Shown in pieces: positions 50,060 through 62,689 of a stretch of DNA of 64,000 nt; the stretch's first letter is position 1; each line of letters opens with the position of its first letter. The stretch is from Phoronis australis (taxonomy: Eukaryota > Animalia > Phoronida). The stretch spans positions 260,191 through 324,190 of the forward strand of contig NMRA01000092.1 of NCBI GenBank assembly GCA_002633005.1, read 5' to 3'. The notes beneath the pieces are model-generated. The model saw only the letters and a list, made by a program, of their open reading frames with translations. It was not told the origin of the DNA and searched no databases. The position numbers and the translations under genes were made by a program.

Positions 50060-51359
50060 CGGTAAATTTCCCCACCATGACAATAAAAACAGCAGTCTCG
50101 AGCTCAAGGTCCTACCTGAGAAAACTAGTTGCCCAGTGAATGCTGAAGAGGACGTTCACCATGACACCCGATGTTGTCATGATAACAACGAAGTGGCAAT
50201 GGGTGTAGTCTCTGCATCGTCCGCCCCGTACAACGATGTGGCTCTCAACGAGACAATTTTGTTGACAGAGGAGTCAGTCACGTTTGAAACACACGTAGAC
50301 AACTCGCCAGCGGACGTCCAGGTGCAGGAATGTACCAATACTGTTGATGACGAAGATGCCAAGGTCCTGTTTGTTGATAACGAGAACGTCCCGCATGACA
50401 TCCTGGAAATGGATGACCAACGGCATGCATCGACGTCAACATTCAATAGGAAAGACGTGAAACAGGCGCTGCTCGAACTACTTGCATCTATAAAGCCGCC
50501 TGCAGAAGATTACGTCCCAATTATGGTTGACAAGTCCACTCAAATGATCCCTCATCCCTTCCAGCTCGAACTCCCGATAGTTCCGCCCATTGTCGAGTAC
50601 AAGTGTGAAGAGGAAGGGACACCAGCTCAAGGTGTAGTCGTGGGACATAGCGAAGTTCTACCCAACAAAGTCAACCGTTCCACAGATACTGATTTTGAAG
50701 AGGAAGTTCATTATACTTCAGAGTATTATGAGAGTGACACGGCGACAACGAATGTCAAGGAAAAAGCCTCTGGATCGTTGGTCCGTATCAAAGATAGGGA
50801 GCTCTGCTTTAATGAAAAAGCTGAGTTGAATGAAATGTCAAAGACGCTTGGGGCGAACAACCTTCACAGAGATGTCATCCAGGAAGTGGAATGTCAACGG
50901 CATGAATCAACCCAAATGGGTAATCGGAGGAATGCTAAACAAGTCCTACTTGCTCTAGTCGAATCAATAAAACCACCGAAAGATGACATCATAAGTTTGG
51001 ATGACCAACCCACTGAATTGGGCGCTTCCATTCCCCACCTATCCGAACTCCCGACAGGACCGCCTGTTAATAATATCTCAGATAATTTATACACAGAGTA
51101 CAGGAAACTCAAACCAACAATGGGTGTAAAGGCATTGCTTTCCAAGTGTTCTGGGTACCCCAGCGTTCCTAACATAAGAGAGACGCTGAGTAACGATGCC
51201 TTTGACGTGGTTATGAATAGCCAAGCAGAAACCAAGCACTCACCTAGGCCACAAATTCAGAAGCGGATACGCTTCAAAGGAAAAAAATCAAGAAAAAATG
51301 GCTTTTTACAAGTTTGTAGGCGACTTTTCTGTTGTGGCGCTCCGAAGACAGATGACTGA
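49899..51359 (+). CDS. Intronless 486-aa orphan protein with a hydrophobic N-terminus, acidic disordered core, internal ~65-aa duplication and basic/di-Cys C-terminus
   Basis: 1461-bp uninterrupted ORF, richer in GC than its flanks. No family was recognised. Confidence 0.75.
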   Translation: MIFQVSKMLGKVWQIFCENFLLFITCIWYNVKKIGVAFNDFICCSLHRFVVGDGGKFPHHDNKNSSLELKVLPEKTSCPVNAEEDVHHDTRCCHDNNEVAMGVVSASSAPYNDVALNETILLTEESVTFETHVDNSPADVQVQECTNTVDDEDAKVLFVDNENVPHDILEMDDQRHASTSTFNRKDVKQALLELLASIKPPAEDYVPIMVDKSTQMIPHPFQLELPIVPPIVEYKCEEEGTPAQGVVVGHSEVLPNKVNRSTDTDFEEEVHYTSEYYESDTATTNVKEKASGSLVRIKDRELCFNEKAELNEMSKTLGANNLHRDVIQEVECQRHESTQMGNRRNAKQVLLALVESIKPPKDDIISLDDQPTELGASIPHLSELPTGPPVNNISDNLYTEYRKLKPTMGVKALLSKCSGYPSVPNIRETLSNDAFDVVMNSQAETKHSPRPQIQKRIRFKGKKSRKNGFLQVCRRLFCCGAPKTDD

Positions 51360-53048
51360 TTACAACAGCCCGTACTTATAAAGTTTAGTATCTATTCAGA
51401 GTAATCATCATACATACAGACATCCAGCTATCTGCATGTACTGGAGTATTTCTTAAATATATTCATTATCATAATGAGCGCAATTTGTTGATACGCCTCT
51501 AATTTGATCACAAGCACACGACTTATTATAGCTACCAGAGGATTTGCTCGCTAAAAAATTTCAAGTTTTGTTCCGGGGTACCGCGGCCTTATCATGGGTC
51601 TCTGTTTCGTGTGGGATGCTAAGCATATATCCAGAATTCTCGAAAACACCCTAAATAAGGCTTCAGGCAACAGTCGCTGGGATTTCAAGGAACTCTTCTC
51701 AAGGGACACCACTTTGTAAAGGGTATGCAGGACTTAACTGACGAGTCTCTGCGAAACTTAAATTTTAATCAGTCAAGTATAAATTTTCTGAAAATGGATA
51801 GTCTGTAAAACTTGATTTTCGGCTTTTTACCAACCCAGTCTTCCATGAATTCGTCTTGTGATCAGATCTTTTTGTAAATTTTAACAAAGAGAAAGGTAGG
51901 TTGATAGCAAAATAAATGTATCAATAATATGACCAAATTTCAAATATACTTTCAGGATAAAATCTCCATAATGCTGATAAAGCGAAATTCATGATAATGC
52001 CCCATTATTTGATAGCACCTCGAGCAAAAATAGAACATTTAAAAAAACTCCTATAGCATTGTGGAAAACAGTCCACAAAGCATACTATCTGAAATTTACA
52101 TTTAAATCTTATCAACCTTTTCCATGCGCGCATCCAGCCTTATAATATAAGGGTGCTCGAATTTTTCGGTATGCAGACCTTTTACTGAGAAAAGTCAACG
52201 AGGTCTAAAAAAAGGAAAAACAAACGGGGCCACTAGGTTCAGGCCTACGGATTCTGCATTCATGCCGAATTCCTGTGGGCTTTGTGGACTTTTGTCTCGT
52301 TTACTAGGACTTTTTGTTTCGCTGAGGCGGACCTTTTTGCCCAAGTCGCCAAACTGGGGGGCTTGTTCGAGCCCCCCCCCCGGGTGCGCCCATATTTTCT
52401 GAGATATGATGTTTTGAGGATAGCCAAGTTTGTGTAGTTTTCATAACCTTAACGACTTGGAAAATTGTTTCGTCACAGTCCGCTCATTTTGGGTAATATC
52501 GAATGACGTAGTAAAACCAAGTCGTCGCCAGGTAACCGCAATTCAGAGGGCACCGGCATCCTTTCCTCAGTGGTCGTGCCGGGCAACCAACTGCCTAGTG
52601 GTCACCAGACGGAGCCGCAACACCTCCCTGACTTTGTCGTACCCCGAGCGTACAGGTAGAAGTGCCCAGTAAAATCCGTATTTTGATACTTGATGAAATT
52701 TAAAGACCACTTTAATTATTGTTTTCAGTTATAGATGATTTTTGTGAGACTGTCTAAAAGGCTACTATCCGGAACTTTGAAGGGGACGATTATGTTTCAT
52801 CGTAACAACAATGGCTGGCTCAGCGGAAATGATCCTCGTCCATGGAAAATTTAGAAAGCACAAAACTGAATAGCATTTCGTTAACTACTATCAAGTAGAC
52901 TATTGTGACGGAAGTACCTCTGACGAATGCAAATATATCTTTAAATTCAATTTCATTTTTTCGTTGAAGTAAAAGCTGTCTTCGAGATTATGTCTCTGTA
53001 AAGTTCACGGTCAATAACAAAGATTCCTCAAAATAAAAAGTAGTAACC

Positions 53049-53732
53049 AGTGACGGATCTAAGATATCACAAGGGGGGCCCAACATTTTGTCCGGCTGTA
53101 AGCATTTGCGCAAACTGAACCACGATTGTAGATGCGCATAGCACCGAATGGGGGGAGGTCTGGAGGTTGGTTTGCCCCTCTCCCGCCCAGGAAATTTTTC
53201 TGTTTTTACCTCTAAAAATCAAGCATTTTCCTTGATTTCTGATGTATTATCCAAGAAAAAAGGCAAAAAAAGAAACACGGAGAACGTGTCACACAGGAAA
53301 AACTGTGAGATTCACAGACTCGAACTCTCGACCTGGCTGACAGGACGCGCGTGCTTTAGCACTATACCACCACCACGTCACTATTAAACTTGAATTAAGA
53401 GACCTACTTGTTTATGGTCCTCAGTGTTTGCGCTCTAAACCTACTTCTTTTTGTAATACTTATTACACGTTTTATATTTTGTGCATTCGGTTCTTAACAA
53501 ATTTGTTGTATTTAAAATAGTCTTCAAATGCCCAAAAGACCAAATCCGTTTTTCGTGTTGGCAATAATGACGGGATTGCTTTCGTATTAAGTTAAGGTTT
53601 GACAAAGAGAGAATTAATGAGTTTCTGAGTGATTCACTAAGGCTTCGATTAAAATTCACATCTTACCAGCAGCTTCTGTTTTTGCGTCATCACTCAGGTT
53701 CCATTTTCTTTNCCCCCCTAAATCCGCCTATG
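53049..53732. mobile_element. hAT-like MITE ends (CAGTGACGGATCTA ... TAAATCCGCCTATG), interrupted by N53712
   Basis: Termini resemble the CAGGGGCGGATCTA family. The extent is uncertain because of the N. Confidence 0.4.
53309..53381 (-). pseudogene. tRNA-Asp(GTC)-like remnant or SINE head
   Basis: The minus strand reads ggtatagtgctaaagcacgcgcgtcCTGTCAgccaggtcgagaGTTCGAgtc. D-arm, anticodon-loop and T-loop motifs are present but the stems do not pair. Confidence 0.45.
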
Positions 53733-54886
53733 TGTCCAAGTTAAGACCAAAGACCAAAATCAGATTTTTTGTTCATGAAACGGTCTTTTCTGAATATTCG
53801 TCTTTTTTCTTAACTCTGGCACATTTTTGGTCTAAGTCTTAAGTCAACCTAATGAAACTGGTCCTTGGTTTGTGTATTTTCCCGGCAACACAGGGCACCG
53901 TCACAAGGATGCTACACACACAAAATAAGTACCATGTCTTTATTCTTCATGAAATATAATTAATATAATCGGGAATAATGTACACTACTCCCATATCAGC
54001 TATTCCACAGACATTAGGCAAAAGTTCCGGATTATTTTCCATGCAAGCCAATTTGCCATATATCCATAACTCAAGCAGCAAGTGTCTTCATACAAAACCT
54101 GTATGAAGGTCAATGTTTTCATTTTAACAAATATGTGACAATAATGTACGTTTCCACCATCAAAAATCTATGTTTTACGTGACCTTAATCCCAAACGCTG
54201 ATACAATAGAGCTGAGGGGTGGTTTTATCAACTACACAGTTCATAAAATTAGTTCATGAAGGTGGTCCTTGATCAGGAATGCTGAGAAATAATGATAAAA
54301 ATTATGAAGCAGGATTAGCTCATTTTTATGCCATAGCACAGGGTTCAAAATCGCTCCAGTGAAACATCACATCTAAACAGTGTTCTCCACAAGTGAAAAC
54401 ACAAAAGTGTCAGAGGAACCCAAATGCTAGCAATCATAATGTACTTGCAGTTGCATTATTTAAAGAGAACATTTACCTGCCGTGTCACCTGAGGTACTTC
54501 AACAGTTGACCTTATTTAAAGCAGCAAAGAAATTGCTAACGGCAAGGCCTTTTTCAAAACGGAAGCTATTTCTTCACACTGGTCCTTGGCACAAAAATCT
54601 GTAGTAATTGCTAATAAAAAGGTCAGTGGGACTACACCTTATAACAGATAGCAGAAAACACTGGTCTTTGACTAAGCTGTAACTCACCACTGACCCCTAA
54701 CGGTTAAACGACCATTTAAAGGGTCACAACCTGCTACCATCATGTGATTACTCGTTATTTACAGATGCACTGAGAGCCAAAAAAGCAATTATACACCTCT
54801 GTAATACATGTTAGCAGAAATTCCATACATGCTGCTGTTGGTACATAACTACAGCCCCCTATCAAAGCAAATATTACACGAATATA

Positions 54887-56569
54887 AACAAGAGCAACAC
54901 GGAGCGTTGAAATGCGCCCACGAATGTATCGCAAATGGTGTGCTTTTAGGGTTATTTGTATCATAAAAATGTCCACTAGATGGCGCAAAACGTACAATCC
55001 ATCCAAAAACGGGGACATGCCATATTTCACAAAAATCTGTGATGGAACTTCAGAGAAACAAAGGAAAACAGAACAAAATGAAATTGCCACTTGTCGGCAC
55101 AGCGTCCATTCCATCCGCCTCAGTCATCGTCTGTTATCTTCATATAAATTCACTTACTAAATTTAATAAAGATTCTGTAGTGGGTTTTGAAGAAACAGCT
55201 GTGGGCGCAAAACAAAACAAAACTACCACTAGGAGGCGCCACAATAGTCAGTCACCATCATCAAACGTCCTCTTCACACTGAAAACATGTACGCCAATCA
55301 TCAAAACCATCCCTAGAATTGATTTGCTTGATCGAGGGGTGGACATCAAAAACAAGATTTGAAAACAGCAAAAATGGCCACCAGGTGGCGCAAAATACCT
55401 AGATTCCATCCAAAACAGGATGATAGTGTCATCTCAACAATAGATGCCTATAATCAAAATTTTATGAAAATTTGTTGAGGACCTTTGAAGATACAGACTG
55501 GTAAACATAAAAAACTAAAATTGCCACTAGGGTGCACACCAGAAGTCAGATCCGTCCGAAAGTCGTCGTCGTCCATTGCCAACATCATATAAATACACTT
55601 GCTAAATTAAGTAAAGATCCTACAAACGGTTTAATAGATACAGCCATGAGCGCAAAAGCAACAAAACTGTCACTAGGAGGCGCCACAGTAGTTGAACTCT
55701 TGGAAAATCGTCGTCAGCCGTCTTTCTTCATAGTAAACACACACATGCAAATTTCCACAATTATCCTGAAAGCTGTTTGGTTGATAGATGAGTGGACGTC
55801 AAAAAACAGAGGTCGAATCCAACTGAAAACGAAGAGATAGCGTCTCCTCATTTACAGAGGCCTGTATGCCAAATTTTATGAAAATACGTTGAAGATCTTG
55901 GAACACACAGAGGTAAACGTAAAATTGCAACTAGGTAGCACACCAGTAGTCAGATCCGTCTGAAAGTCGTCGTCCTCCGTTGTTAACATCATATCAATAC
56001 ACTTACTAAATTTAGTAAAGATCCTACGAATGGTCTAGGGGATACAGCCATATGCGCAAAAAAAAAAACTGCCACTAGGAGGTGCCACAGTAGTCGAAGT
56101 CGTCAGAAAATCATCGTCAGCCGCCCACTTTATAGTAAGAACATACATGCCAATTTTCACAATCATCCTTTGAGTGGTTTGGTTGGTAGAGGGGTGGAAG
56201 CAAAGAAACAGAATCGAAAATAGTAAAAATGCCCACTAGGTGGCGCAAACTACGTCAAATCCATCCAAAAATGGGAGAATAGCGTCACCTCCCTAATAGG
56301 TGCCTATATACCAAATTTTATGAAAATCCGTTCAGGACTTTTGAAGATACAGAGGTAAATGTAAAAAACTAAAATTGCCACTAGGGGGCACACCGGTAGT
56401 CGGATGCGTCCGAAAGTTCGCTCATGCCGTCCCATCCACAGAAGGAACACATGTGCAAAATTTCATGAACATACGTTAAGGCATTTTGGAGATAAAGCAG
56501 CAAACACCGGATGCCGGACGAAGATGACGGCATAATGCATCCACATATAAATATGTGGGCACATAAAAA
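54887..56569 (-). mobile_element. Full-length HINE/Helentron-type non-autonomous element with an internal array of ~145-160 bp tandem units
   Basis: DINE-1/HINE layout: T-rich end, subterminal IRs ATGCGCCCAC (54912) and GTGGGCACAT (56555), palindrome ccacatataaatatgtgg, GGAC-type microsatellite remnant, central tandem repeats, small stem-loop and CTTGTT end. Confidence 0.8.
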
Positions 56570-57905
56570 GAAATGGATGACTTGATATTCAAAGCTCCTC
56601 TATTTAACATCTAAATGGATAAAGAGCAGAAATCAGCTAATCAGCACTGGCATGTTTGTGGGCTAATAGTTGCATGTGGCTACCTGAATGCAGGCATTTC
56701 TACAGATAGTACCATCGTCACACTAGTGCCACCTGGTGAATATAAAGTCGCCCATTGTGTTCAAGCTTATATTTGTTCAGTACACACGACAATATACAGG
56801 CCTGCAGTAACCTTAGTATACGAAACAAATGTTTACAATATAGTGCTATAAACCTGCCTGACAAAAATATCTTTCTATCAAGCACGCAGCTGTTATAAAA
56901 GTGGCAATTAGATAAGAAGTCAGCGTTCTCCATAACTGGTTTTGACTTGTCGCTGCGCTGAATTTGAATTTTGTCATGACGAGTTTGGATAACTTGCGTC
57001 AACTTTGAAACCTATGCAATGAGTTTGCAGTGTTGGGAGATTAGAATTTTTAAGCAAAGTAGGAAATTTTGGTGCTAGTTCAACGCATTTATTCCAAGAC
57101 TTGAGACATTGTCAAACTCGACATAGAATGGACATGGACTTTTGCGCCTGTACATGAATTTTGTAATTCTACTCAAGTTTGAATTTTTTGTTGTGGAGAA
57201 CACTGAAAGAGACTGGTGCGTGGAAAAAATGACAGTTCAGTAAGTACTACTCGAGGCGAGCTCTACAAATTGACTTCCATGATGGGCCATTGCATGCACT
57301 GAGCAAGACCAAAGGCAATAACTTCTCTCCAAGCCAACACATCACTTCTATTGTAAGTGATAAATAACTTGCATCCAGACTTCCATGATACATGACTGAA
57401 ATCATAAGTTAGATATATGACAGAACCAGTGTGTTTTGAGCATACTTTAACTAGCTAGAATCACAATATAAAACTAGTCAATACAATAGCCCATAATCAG
57501 GGAAGTCCTTATACAATAAAAATACAATAAAACAAATTTAAAAATGCTTAACACTACACTTTAATTTTCCATTTATATAAAAATAATAATTTCATTATCT
57601 AAATTGCTCTTATTATTTTACAGTTAAACTGCATTACAACAGACCTGGATTACAATGTCTGCTCACTTATTACAATATATGCCAAAACTACTCGCATAAA
57701 ACGACCCAAATTCCCCATCACGACAGTTTGGAAGGAACCAAATTCATCGTCAGAAAGGTTTTCTCTCATCACGCAGAATGAAGGTAATTAACATGAAAGC
57801 CCATGGACTGACTAAACCAATCTCTAATTATAATTTTGCCCCGATGACAATTTTACCTCTCAATGTTGACATTGATTGAATCAACAGCCAGGATGCAAAA
57901 ATGGT

Positions 57906-58060
57906 ATTTTGTCTGATTACTTTTGTCTTGCACTGCATTTTGTCTTATTACTTTTGTCTCGCACTGTATTTTGTCTGATTGCTTTTGTCTTGCACTGCAT
58001 TTTGTCTGATTACTTTTGTCTTGCACTGTATTTTGTCTGATTACTTTTGTCTTGCACTGT
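57906..58060. repeat. 31-bp minisatellite, 5 units (ATTTTGTCTGATTACTTTTGTCTTGCACTGY), downstream of the neuralized stop
   Basis: Visible tandem array. Confidence 0.92.
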
Positions 58061-58759
58061 AAGTTCCATTCTCCAAGTCCCAAGTCAACAATACCATTTA
58101 CAAATTGCATTACATAACAACAAACTTCGGTAACAATGAAAGGCGGTGGGAGGGAGTGTTGTGAAGCAGTTGAACTGAATGTGCTTTACACTTACTCTTA
58201 ATACAATGTACTTAATAATGTCCTAATTCCCACCTTAAGCTGGCTGCATTTTTTACAGCTAAGTGACTTTAAATTTTCTTCCTGGTTAACACCTTCACAA
58301 ATTCAGTTAGAACGGAGTGATTTCATGGAGAACTGAGAAGAAACTACGTTGAGGAATGGAACGTGTCATCTCTCGGATGTGTTTTTAAAGGCCTAATGAA
58401 CACACAGGCAGGAATGACATGTCCTAAGTAACAGTAACTTGAAATTTGATTCTATACATGCGTGCAAGTGCTCTAACTAAGCTCATTTTGAGGCGGGGGG
58501 AAGATTGCATTGGAACTTAAGTCCAACTTATCTACTGTAAGGTGAAGTCTTGCACAAAATTTCACCGTCTTCCTTTGACATTATCGGAAATTTTCTAAAA
58601 AATTGCGACCAACGATAAAAACTGACCCAATATAGCAGTACATCCCTGTGTGAATGGGAGTACCCCAGGACCACGCATGTATCTGACAGTAGACAGTATT
58701 ATGCTTTTCCACTGTTTCTCCCACAGCAATACTTGCTACAACCACTGCCATCACAATCT

Positions 58760-61700
58760 TTACGTCCTGTATGTTTTTATCACGTCTTTTATCACTTGTC
58801 GACATATTGGGCAGAGACCACTTTTCTCTTGCTTAACCATCACAGCACACTCATAGCACATACACATATGTCCACAGGTATATAGTACACAGTCCACGTT
58901 ATTTTCAAAGCACACGGTGCACTCGCTGCACATGCCGGAGTCGGGGGATGAAATCGGTGATGTAGGCAATGACTTAGACGACGGAGGTCGTGGAGGGGGA
59001 GTGGGGGCAGAGTTCTCTCCTGGGTAGTGGCTCCCAGTGGCTGTCATGCTGAGGCTACGGTTGACAGGGGGTGGCCTGGGTGGCGGTGTAATATCCAATG
59101 TTGACGACGATGGCCGACCGGAAGGAATGGGGGGAGGTAACTCCACACGAAGATTGGAAGAGTTATCAAGTGTATGATCACTGACAGGTCGCCGTGGACG
59201 ACGAGTCGCCTTGGCAACACCTGCAACATGAAATGTTAAGTAAGTAATGAAGTTGAAATGGCTAACCAGTTTATTATTATAAAACCTAGTACTACTAGAC
59301 AATGAGTTATAGATTTTCTTCTTATCACAGTTAATCAAACAATTCACATAACTGTCAACGACCATCAAAGGCTACGTATTTTACAACTGAAGAGATGTTT
59401 TTATATAGATTAGGCGAAAACTAAAATATAAGTTTGTTTCAGTTTTTGCGGATGACTGCAAAATATTTGCATAACTCAAAACATTTTATTTGCAATCTGA
59501 TAAGATGAAGTCGATATTTTTGGACCAGAATGAGTGGACCAGAACAATGAAAACTAGAAAAAATACAATTATATTACCTATTGGCCTACTCATCTCATAT
59601 TGACAAGTTTTCGTGGAAACTTCGTCTGCTCGTCTGCCTTAATAATTGATCGGATACTGTTGAGTATAACTGGCTAATGCACTGACGGCAGAGAAACAAA
59701 AATGTCCATAGTGGAAAAAAGTAACACCACAAACCTTTTAGAAGCCAGACCAGAAACCACTAAACCTTTGTTAAGACTTGACTGAAATGTGCCATATGAC
59801 TGATCAATTCTAAAGTCAAATCCCAACTTCGGTGGTCTTGGACCCAGATAACACCGACACAATGACACAACACATATCAACAGTTTTTGGGGAAAATTTC
59901 CCACAATCCACTGCATACGTGATGTCTGCCTTCAAGGAAGCCATGTGGTTTTTATCCCACTTCTGTAGGTGACAGGGTGCTAATCTGAGGTATGTGACCT
60001 CATGCCGATTTGCTGCGTGTAAGGGTATAGACCTTGAGCCAGCTTATGCAACAAGAAGACAATTTTGTCACCTGCCCAGTTGGGGAACTTGTAAATGGTC
60101 TTTTGAGGGATCAAGAAACTGTTCTAGCAAAAAAGCTGCTGAAGGAAAACTGTAACAACTCACCCAGCATTTTGACTCTCTGTGTATTGCCGTAGATATC
60201 AAAGAATGCCCATAGAGGAGTGGTTTTGTCCACATGCATCAAGACGGTCACATGATGTCCATTTTTCCCATAATGCACTTCACCTAAAACCACCACAGAT
60301 GTATTAGCTATGTTTAAAACAAACAAGCCTGAAGACCTTAACAATCTGCTGAGTTCAAATTTGACTGAGGAAGTTATGGAAATGAGATTGGAAAATGTAC
60401 AGCCCGCCAAGTACAATGTATTGAATGGAATCGGCGGAAAACAAAGTAATGCACCATTTCAACACTTAATGCTGCACTTTACCACATTCAGCTGGCTAAA
60501 AATGAAAATCGAATTAGATCTTTTATTCTAAAAAATCTGTCTATGACTCCTAATATTCCTTACCCTAGCAGTACTCCATTTCCATTACCAACTTAAGTCA
60601 CAGGCTATGCATACACGCATCATTTTCGATATCACAATTTTAGGGTTAGCTAACCCCAATAAACTGTGAAGTGTTTTCTTGAGTCACTCATGGTCTCAAT
60701 GTGCTTGTTGATAATGGAAATGGACCTCTAACACAGTATGGACTATTACAAGACTGATTATATACATTTTCATTCTTTAACCAAATAACAGGACAAACTG
60801 CAGCTTCAATTGTTTCTCTAACAACTGAAATATTTGTAGCTGAAAAAAGTCTTAATCAAGTAAAACATGAATACAGAACTCCACACATTGATGGCCAAAA
60901 TCAAATTCTGAAATCGTAAGTTGTTCAGTCGAAATAGTCCAAATATCAGCTAAATCCCCAGTGAAGATAACCCTCGAATGGCAATTTGCCCTCATTCAAA
61001 AACACTTAGGGAAGTCTCAATACTCGCATATTACTATGTTTCAAGCTAAGACAATCTTGTGAAAACTACTAGCCAGCGCACCCAAGATAAGGTGAAGGCG
61101 TGGCATTTGCACCCATGTAGAGTAGTCACGACCTACTTCCTCGCGCTGATTAAATGTTTTACATTTTTGGCCTCTTCATTACCACAAAACTTTCAGATTC
61201 ATTTCAGACCCTCAGGCATTACAAAGTCATATTCCAATTCAGACGAATTAACTAATCTTAATAAAATTTGATAACCTAAAAAGTCTAGCCACAATGGCTG
61301 CGATTCTAACTGCATGACAAAATCAAGACAGACAATTTCTTTTCATATTTTATGACTGATGTAAAGCGGCCTGATGCTGTTCCCAGCTATCTGTGGCCTC
61401 ATTTGACAAATTAAAAATAGAGAAACACAAAATGTTTCTAAAAGTACCAAAAAGTGACAATCCTGAATGTCAGTCATCAAAGGCACATGCGCAATCGTTA
61501 AAAAATTTGGCAACGAAACTTCAAATCAACTAAGTTGGTTTAAGGTGGAGAAAAGTCAACTAAACAGTGATATTACTTCTCATGGATATGAGTCAATTAA
61601 TCTGACAGCAACTGTTTCCGATTACAGGCTAGATTTTGAATCGATTTTCAGTGACCTTTGTCACTGAGAACTTGCAATGGGATTGGATTAAAACGTGGAT

Positions 61701-61974
61701 GTACTGTTTCTCTACCCAAAGTGATTTCGCCCTTTCATGAGACTTTAAATTTTTTAGTAATGACAGTCAAACATTTGCCAGCAGCCAAGAAGACATCACC
61801 TCATTTAACTGAGTTTTCAATTTATTAGGGATATTAGAGAATCCATTGTATTTTCCTGGAATCGATTTCGATTCGATATTTCTTAAGCGACAATGTTGTC
61901 TACAAGTCATCGAATTGTTGCAACACTAGAAGTCACCAGTTATTAATGAAACAACATATTTAGTAACTAACTTT

Positions 61975-62038
<64 letters not shown>

Positions 62039-62574
62039 TTTTATACATATTAAAAAATAAAAAACACAAAAATAATGCTGAATGTTCTAACCTTCATTTG
62101 TCAGAGTAATGCTCAGCTCATCTCCGATCTCAGCATTATTACACACGTCCTTATTCACTACCCAGTACTCCTTTCTGTCCAGTAGCAAGTCGGAATCATC
62201 AGGCAGGTCTATAGGCCTGATGGTGGCAGGGTCACATGCTGTAAGTCCCACCGCCAAGCCACCCACATAAACATGTTCGATGCCAAGGATCTGCACCACA
62301 ATTTTCTCTCCACATCTCAATGGGCGGGATGTGAACACGTATCCATTGCAATATTCCTCAGTCAGTCTCGCAGCAACTGTTCTGTCAGAAGATAGTTGCA
62401 CGTTGCGACCCATTGTGCTGTGAAAAGGAAGGGCGGCGAAGATGACATTGGCGTGATGTCTGACTTCAATGTTTTGCCTTACTACAGAAGTGTGGTGATC
62501 ACGGGCCACAGGCAGATGATCTCGAGACTGCGGAGAAGTGCCAGTTGTCAGCTGCGAATACGACTGAGCGCCCT
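58760..62574 (-). CDS. neur: Neuralized E3 ubiquitin ligase, last three coding exons (62574-62092, 60283-60164, 59220-58760); 5' exons not found in the window
   Basis: NHR domain LPFHSTMGRNVQLSSDRTVAAR..EYCNGYVFTSRPL...LPDDSDLLLDRKEYWVV...GEVHY...HVDKTTPLWAFFDIYGNTQRVKML, a Pro/Ser linker and the C-terminal RING ECTVCFENNVDCVLYTCGHMCMCYECA...CPICRQVIKDVIKTY. All junctions are GT-AG and phase 1. Confidence 0.95.
61977..62036. repeat. (GT)~30 microsatellite in a neuralized intron
   Basis: Perfect dinucleotide run. Confidence 0.98.
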
Positions 62575-62689
62575 CTGTAATATAAAACAACTTATGAAAA
62601 CATGTGTACCTAAGTAACAGCACGATCACTGAATTGAAATGCATCACTTGCAAACTTTGTTAGTTTCCCATAGCGCAGCTGCACTGAGC

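Noticed and set aside
1-62574. Hedgehog (Dispatched) plus Notch (neuralized) functional cluster
   Set aside because: The genes are 55 kb apart with unrelated genes and assembly joins between them; proximity alone is not evidence.
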